NCBI GenBank assembly: GCA_964036045.1
Contig: OZ038378.1
Coordinates: forward strand, 165,106,001 to 165,170,000
Reading direction: 5' to 3'
DNA from: Eutreptiella sp. 'Long Island Sound 2002'
Lineage: Eukaryota; Protista; Euglenida
DNA: 64,000 nucleotides
Below are positions 59,367 through 64,000 of this stretch, in pieces (the first letter of the stretch is position 1; each line of letters opens with the position of its first letter). The translations under genes and the position numbers were made by a program. The notes under the pieces were generated by a model, which saw only the letters and a program-made list of their open reading frames with translations, made no database searches and was not told where the DNA came from.

Positions 59367-61166
59367 GTGGGTTGTGTTAGCCACGTCATGCGGCACTCAC
59401 TACTCCTCGATATTCATGGGCTCGTCATGGTGGGGGCAGGACACGGGATTACATGGTACGTGGGACCGTCACGGGTGAGGCGCCGTTCGCCCCGACGCAC
59501 ATGGTGGGCCCATGGCATGAGATGGGAACACCGTGGGGCGCGCATTTACCGGGTCTGGGACAGGGGGCGGCCTTTCAGCTGGCTTGTATATAAGACGTAT
59601 CTACGGGGGCACCTGGGCCCCTACAAGCCGTGGGAAGCCCTTCTACTGTTGCTTGGGGGAGACATCGAGCTCAACCCCGGGCCTTCAAGTGGTCAATGGG
59701 CTGCCGTGTATACCGCACTGGACAAGGGAGTGGTCAAGTCTGCTACCGGTTGCACGCAACCAAGTGGCGATGGCCTCCGGTGGGCGTCCTTCAATATTGG
59801 GGGCCCCACGGTTGATTGGGACCGATGGGTCACCATCGTACAGCTCTTGTCTGATATGCGCCTCGACATTGTCGGCTTACAAGAAGTTAAGCCTACCTTC
59901 CCCAACATAGAGGCGGCAACAACATTAACCTCCCCCGAGTGGCAGATCTACTATCACCCACACCCGTCCGGGACCGTCAATGGGGTGGCATTCCTGGTTC
60001 GCAACACAATGGACCACTTCGTGCTCAAGGACGGCAATCAACGTGCCTCGCTTTTTGCAGACCCAGACGGGACCTTTCTCGGACTTACTTTGCAACCCCC
60101 CAACAAGCCACGGCTACGGGTCCTGAACTACTATGGACTCCAAACTGCAGCCACCAAGAAGAGGCAAGATGCCTTTGTCGAGACACACCAATACGATGTA
60201 CTCATGGGCGACTTCAACGACTCTATTTGGAGCAACACCCCAAGTCGGTTTTGGCACGATGACCTTCTGAGCCGCCGTCTATACGACCCGCTGCACGAAC
60301 TATGCCCCGATGGGTCTGTACAGGCGGGACACACCAGAGGGTGCCACCGCCTGGATGCCATCCTGGTCTCTTCGCGGTGCTGGGGGAATGTTAGCCCCAT
60401 GACATACCATACTGTCGCCATGCCCACCTCCGACCACCGGCTCGTCCTAATGACTACAGGCCTCACCTCCACGGACTGTGAGTCCTTTATCAAAGCCACG
60501 CACCCTGCCAAGAAGTGGAATGTGCGGCAAGAGCGAGCCGCCGTGCAGGAGACACAACGCATACTCGCCGGGCAAGACACCCCAATGGACGCAGTATCAC
60601 GCGCTGATGCGGTCCTCAAAGCGGTGGCGCAGGCCGTCATTCGACAGGGGAAGCGCACCAAGCGGACCCGTCTCAAAACTAACACACAACAGTGGCACAA
60701 ACACTTCCAAGTGGTCAAGAAGCGCATCGCGCAGGAACTGCGCGAAGTGGCCAACAAGCGCCTCTATACCATGCGTCATGCTGCCCTCCGCAAGGATGGG
60801 GTATTCTTCCGCTTGACCAAAAATTGGACCCGCGGACCATTGAAGCCCACGCAAAAGCAACCCAGTCCGGACCTGGCGCGCGCTTTGCTGGCCAACTTCA
60901 GTGGCAACCCCCCCTATGACATGGCGGCCATTGAAGCACTCATCCCACAACTCATCCCACAGGGGCACATGACTGACGACCCACCAAGCTTCGATGAGTT
61001 CAAAAGGGCATGTATGGGCAAGCGCAAGAAAGCCGTGGGCCCTGATGGGGTTCCGCACCGCTTGCGGGGCATGCTGCCAGACGATACGCTGCACACATTG
61101 TATGAGGGGGTGCTAGAAGTATGGAGAACATCCCGCAGCATTGGCTGCGGTCTGAGGTGGTGTTGA
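59367..61166 (+). CDS. LINE ORF2 part 1: hydrophobic leader, 2A-like LLLLLGGDIELNPGP and APE endonuclease; frameshift near 61130
   Basis: SFNIGG, DIVGLQE, VLMGDFN, RLDAILV, SDHRLV, AVGPDG. Confidence 0.9.
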   Translation: MGCVSHVMRHSLLLDIHGLVMVGAGHGITWYVGPSRVRRRSPRRTWWAHGMRWEHRGARIYRVWDRGRPFSWLVYKTYLRGHLGPYKPWEALLLLLGGDIELNPGPSSGQWAAVYTALDKGVVKSATGCTQPSGDGLRWASFNIGGPTVDWDRWVTIVQLLSDMRLDIVGLQEVKPTFPNIEAATTLTSPEWQIYYHPHPSGTVNGVAFLVRNTMDHFVLKDGNQRASLFADPDGTFLGLTLQPPNKPRLRVLNYYGLQTAATKKRQDAFVETHQYDVLMGDFNDSIWSNTPSRFWHDDLLSRRLYDPLHELCPDGSVQAGHTRGCHRLDAILVSSRCWGNVSPMTYHTVAMPTSDHRLVLMTTGLTSTDCESFIKATHPAKKWNVRQERAAVQETQRILAGQDTPMDAVSRADAVLKAVAQAVIRQGKRTKRTRLKTNTQQWHKHFQVVKKRIAQELREVANKRLYTMRHAALRKDGVFFRLTKNWTRGPLKPTQKQPSPDLARALLANFSGNPPYDMAAIEALIPQLIPQGHMTDDPPSFDEFKRACMGKRKKAVGPDGVPHRLRGMLPDDTLHTLYEGVLEVWRTSRSIGCGLRWC

Positions 61167-61843
61167 TGTACAAGAAAGGGGATCTTGACCGCCCCGAGAA
61201 TTATCGACCCATTGCAGTGACCAACAGTATATATCGTGTTATCATGAAGTTGTACAGGCCCCGCCTGCAGCGCCTTGTGGACCGGGTTGCTAGCCCCGAG
61301 CAGTATGGGTCAAGGCCTTTGCACACCGCAACTGAGCAAGCTGCAAACTTAGTCAACTCCCTCCACGAGCACGAAATGGAGGGCCGGGAGCCTTTTGTGG
61401 TTTTGTTGGATGTTGCCAAAGCCTTCCCGTCCACAATCCATGAAGCCATTTTCTCCATCCTGAACCATGCCGGGCTCCCGCCGAACTATGTGAACGCCTT
61501 CCGCACGATCTATGCACATATTGACACATACACGGACATACAAGGAGAACGGATATACTTCAAGCCCACGCGGGGCGTCAAAGAAGGATGCCCCTGCTCC
61601 CCGCTCTTGTTCGCTATTGTATATGAGTTGTTGATCAAGCGTTTGATCGCCAAGTACCCGGACACTGTCGTTTATGTTGACGATATTGCCATCATTGTCA
61701 AAGATCATTCTGAATTGGAACGACTCCTCACCGACCTCTCCGCTTGGGGGTCCCAGATTGGGATTCAGTTCAATCCTAACAAGACAGAAGTGTATCACTT
61801 CCAGAGACCACGGTCCTCGGGCGCTACCTCAGGGGGTGCCTAG
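61121..61843 (+). CDS. LINE ORF2 part 2: reverse transcriptase core, ending in a premature TAG
   Basis: NYRPIAV, EQYGSRP, LDVAKAFPS, GVKEGCPCSPLLF, VYVDDI, IQFNPNKT. Confidence 0.92.
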   Translation: MENIPQHWLRSEVVLMYKKGDLDRPENYRPIAVTNSIYRVIMKLYRPRLQRLVDRVASPEQYGSRPLHTATEQAANLVNSLHEHEMEGREPFVVLLDVAKAFPSTIHEAIFSILNHAGLPPNYVNAFRTIYAHIDTYTDIQGERIYFKPTRGVKEGCPCSPLLFAIVYELLIKRLIAKYPDTVVYVDDIAIIVKDHSELERLLTDLSAWGSQIGIQFNPNKTEVYHFQRPRSSGATSGGA

Positions 61844-64000
61844 CAGGCAAAGCACATCTGGTGGGGACAACATCGCCTCGACTTCAAGGATCCCATGTTC
61901 ACCTACTTGGGCCACACCATCGCCGGTGTAGGGTATAGGGGCAAGGCTAGCGATGCGCTCTTCGCCGCCCTGCAAGCTCAGGTAGCCGCATACACCATCC
62001 TCCCGTTGACAAGCTTTGAGCGGGCACAAATCGTCAATTCCGTACTCATCCCCAGGTGGGTGTATAAGAGTCTCTTTATGTGGGATGTGTGTTGGGGCAA
62101 CCGCATGGAGACCGCCTTCGAAGAGTTTGTCCTTCAGGCTCCCCGCGTGGAAAAGTACCTGCAGTACCGCCTCTACACGGACGTCACCGAAGGGGGACTG
62201 GGCCTCCACAGTGCGTCCTGGGCCGGTTTATGCGCCCTTATTCAGCTAGTCCAACGGGCCTTGCGAGTTCCACACAGGCGTATGACGAGGCGCACCAACT
62301 CAGGTCATCTCCCACACATGGTGGAGAAGTACCGCAAAATCCTGCTGTCCTTTGGTATGGAAATGGGGCGCCTCCCACGCGCCGGCCAATCGATAGGTCG
62401 AAAGGCACCCAAACGGGCCCACGATGACCTCGAGTCACTCTTCGATGATGAGGACTCCGACGATTGCAGGTTCGAGTCGCTTGTACCCCACCAGTACCTC
62501 CAATCCCTGCGTCCCAAGAGCGGCACTAGTCCCGTGCAACCCAACGTTGAGCAGTCAGGCCGTGCCTGGCACCAACAGGGGCAACCCACGGGGTCGACGT
62601 GGTACGGTGACGGCAGCCTGTTGGAAGGGCGTGCTGGCACAGGGGTGGTCAACGGACCTATGCGCATCCAAGCGAGAGTACCGGGCCCGCAGACAATTTA
62701 TAGGGCAGAAATGTACGGCATATGGATCGCGGCGTGCCTAGCCCAACCGGGGGACTCCATCGTGCTTGACAACCGGGCTGCGGCTCGATGCGTCTCCAAG
62801 CCACCCAGCCCACAATCGTCCGACTATGATTTGCACGACGCAGCGTACCAGCTTATCTCCACCAAGGCACTCCAAGTACGTTGGGCACGTGGGCATCGGG
62901 ACCCTAAAAAGGCGCATAGTTTGCAAGATTATCAGGACAGGATTGGCAACGAATTAGCCGACCTCGCAGCCCGAGCGGGCAGTACCATGCACCCTTGCCG
63001 TGGTCTGGGCAGCACATCACCCGCGGATATCCTCTTGAACGGCCATGTAATGCCGTCCCCTGCCCGTAAGTGGATCATCAAATCACGCCCCCAGAAGCTG
63101 GTACACGAGGCACATTGGACGTCATGGCTGCCTTTGCGCGCGGTCAACCGAGATAAGTGGGGTCCATGGCTGTGGGGGACACTGCGATTGCCGGGGTATG
63201 GGGCACCCTGGGAAACCGGGCCGGTGCTGTGCCCACGGTGTGGACAACGCCATGGCCTTGCAGTGCAGGAGTGCCTCTTGTCATGCCCCTCCGAATCCCG
63301 GTTTTGGGACATTTGGACCGACGCATGGGAGACATGGAAACCGGAGGCAACCAAGTGGCGGCGAACGGCGTCCGCTGACGAACTGCGCATGTGCACCCGC
63401 TTGCAGTTCCCACACTCCCTTCAACGATCCTTCCTTCCAATCCAGGCGCACTGGAGGGTGGTTGTTGCCACATGGCACTTCCACGTATTCCAGCGATTGC
63501 AGGCGTGGGTCGTTGACAAGCTGCAGCACGCCCCACCTTTCGTCAGCAACAAGCGGCCCACGCACATTGTCCCACCTGTTGCTGGGGCCCTGCCGCAGGT
63601 AGCTAAACCTACGGCCCGCAACATTTGGAACCACGTGAGAGGCGTACTGTCGATCCCGCCGCGATCAGAGCCACGTTTCACAGATAGTGCGCCCACGGTG
63701 GAGGAACTTCGGTGGCAATTGACACAAGCGGTCACCACTGCCGAGCGCACGTGGGTCTTGGAGGCCATGGCCCGGCACCACCATGTAGCACCGCCGCGCA
63801 AACGGCCCAGAGAACCGTCGCCGCCACCGGCACAGGCTCCGGCCTCACCGCCGCGCGAGTCTCGTGAAATTCATGCCGGACTCTTCCTGGAACAGGCCAG
63901 GCGTCTCATGCTACACGCCCAAATGCAGGCCGCACGACTCTGCCTGGAAGAGGTGGCGCAGGCACTCGCCCGGCAAGCCGTCACACAGAAGTCCCTCTTC
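61844..64000 (+). CDS. LINE ORF2 part 3 (same frame, open to the window end): RT thumb, RNase H, Zn finger
   Basis: My translation: FTYLG, EGGLGL, WYGDGS, TIYRAEMYG, VLDN, RWARGH..GNELAD (RNase H ~62600-62980), CPRC..H..ECLLSC. Confidence 0.88.

Larger units (their letters stand above)
51732..64000 (+). mobile_element. Very large non-LTR retrotransposon (LINE; APE-RT-RNaseH type), 3' end beyond the window
   Basis: ORF1 plus ORF2 domains listed below. The 5' boundary is approximate, at the LHC break. Confidence 0.92.

Noticed and set aside
62465-62485. GGTTCGAGTC, tRNA T-loop/B-box-like
   Set aside because: Lies inside LINE ORF2 coding sequence, with no cloverleaf.

Overview
Repeat-rich eukaryotic nuclear DNA, most likely from a photosynthetic euglenid. 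The evidence is a 24-nt exact match to the euglenid spliced leader (SL) at 49354-49377, a decayed green-type LHCII polyprotein fragment, and GC3-rich exons separated by long GT-AG introns. Host genes: a 4-exon (5'-incomplete) membrane protein gene (574-5688), an intronless LMBR1-family gene (16910-18457), an MFS transporter whose middle exon(s) probably lie in the 200-N gap (22385-25693), and an SL-bearing intronless nucleoplasmin-like retrocopy (49417-50076). Mobile DNA dominates the window. (1) A structurally complete 5.8-kb tyrosine-recombinase retrotransposon (gag-YR-RT-RNaseH, VIPER/TATE-like order; split direct repeats A1..B1A2..B2) sits in a 55-bp satellite at a shared ATC core; it has a candidate UGA-CGG plus stem-loop readthrough between gag and YR. 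(2) A >12-kb LINE has a 2524-aa ORF1 carrying two intact and one decayed 2A-like (DVExNPGP) motifs plus Zn-finger/RING modules. A further 2A precedes APE-RT-RNaseH, and ORF1 and ORF2 are in the same frame across one UGA. (3) A Mutator-like element with a 9-bp TSD carries a spliced mini-gene and is inserted in an old LINE. (4) There are also CGGBP1-like hAT remnants. No rRNA, tRNA or CRISPR was found. All family calls are by motif recognition only; no database search was run.
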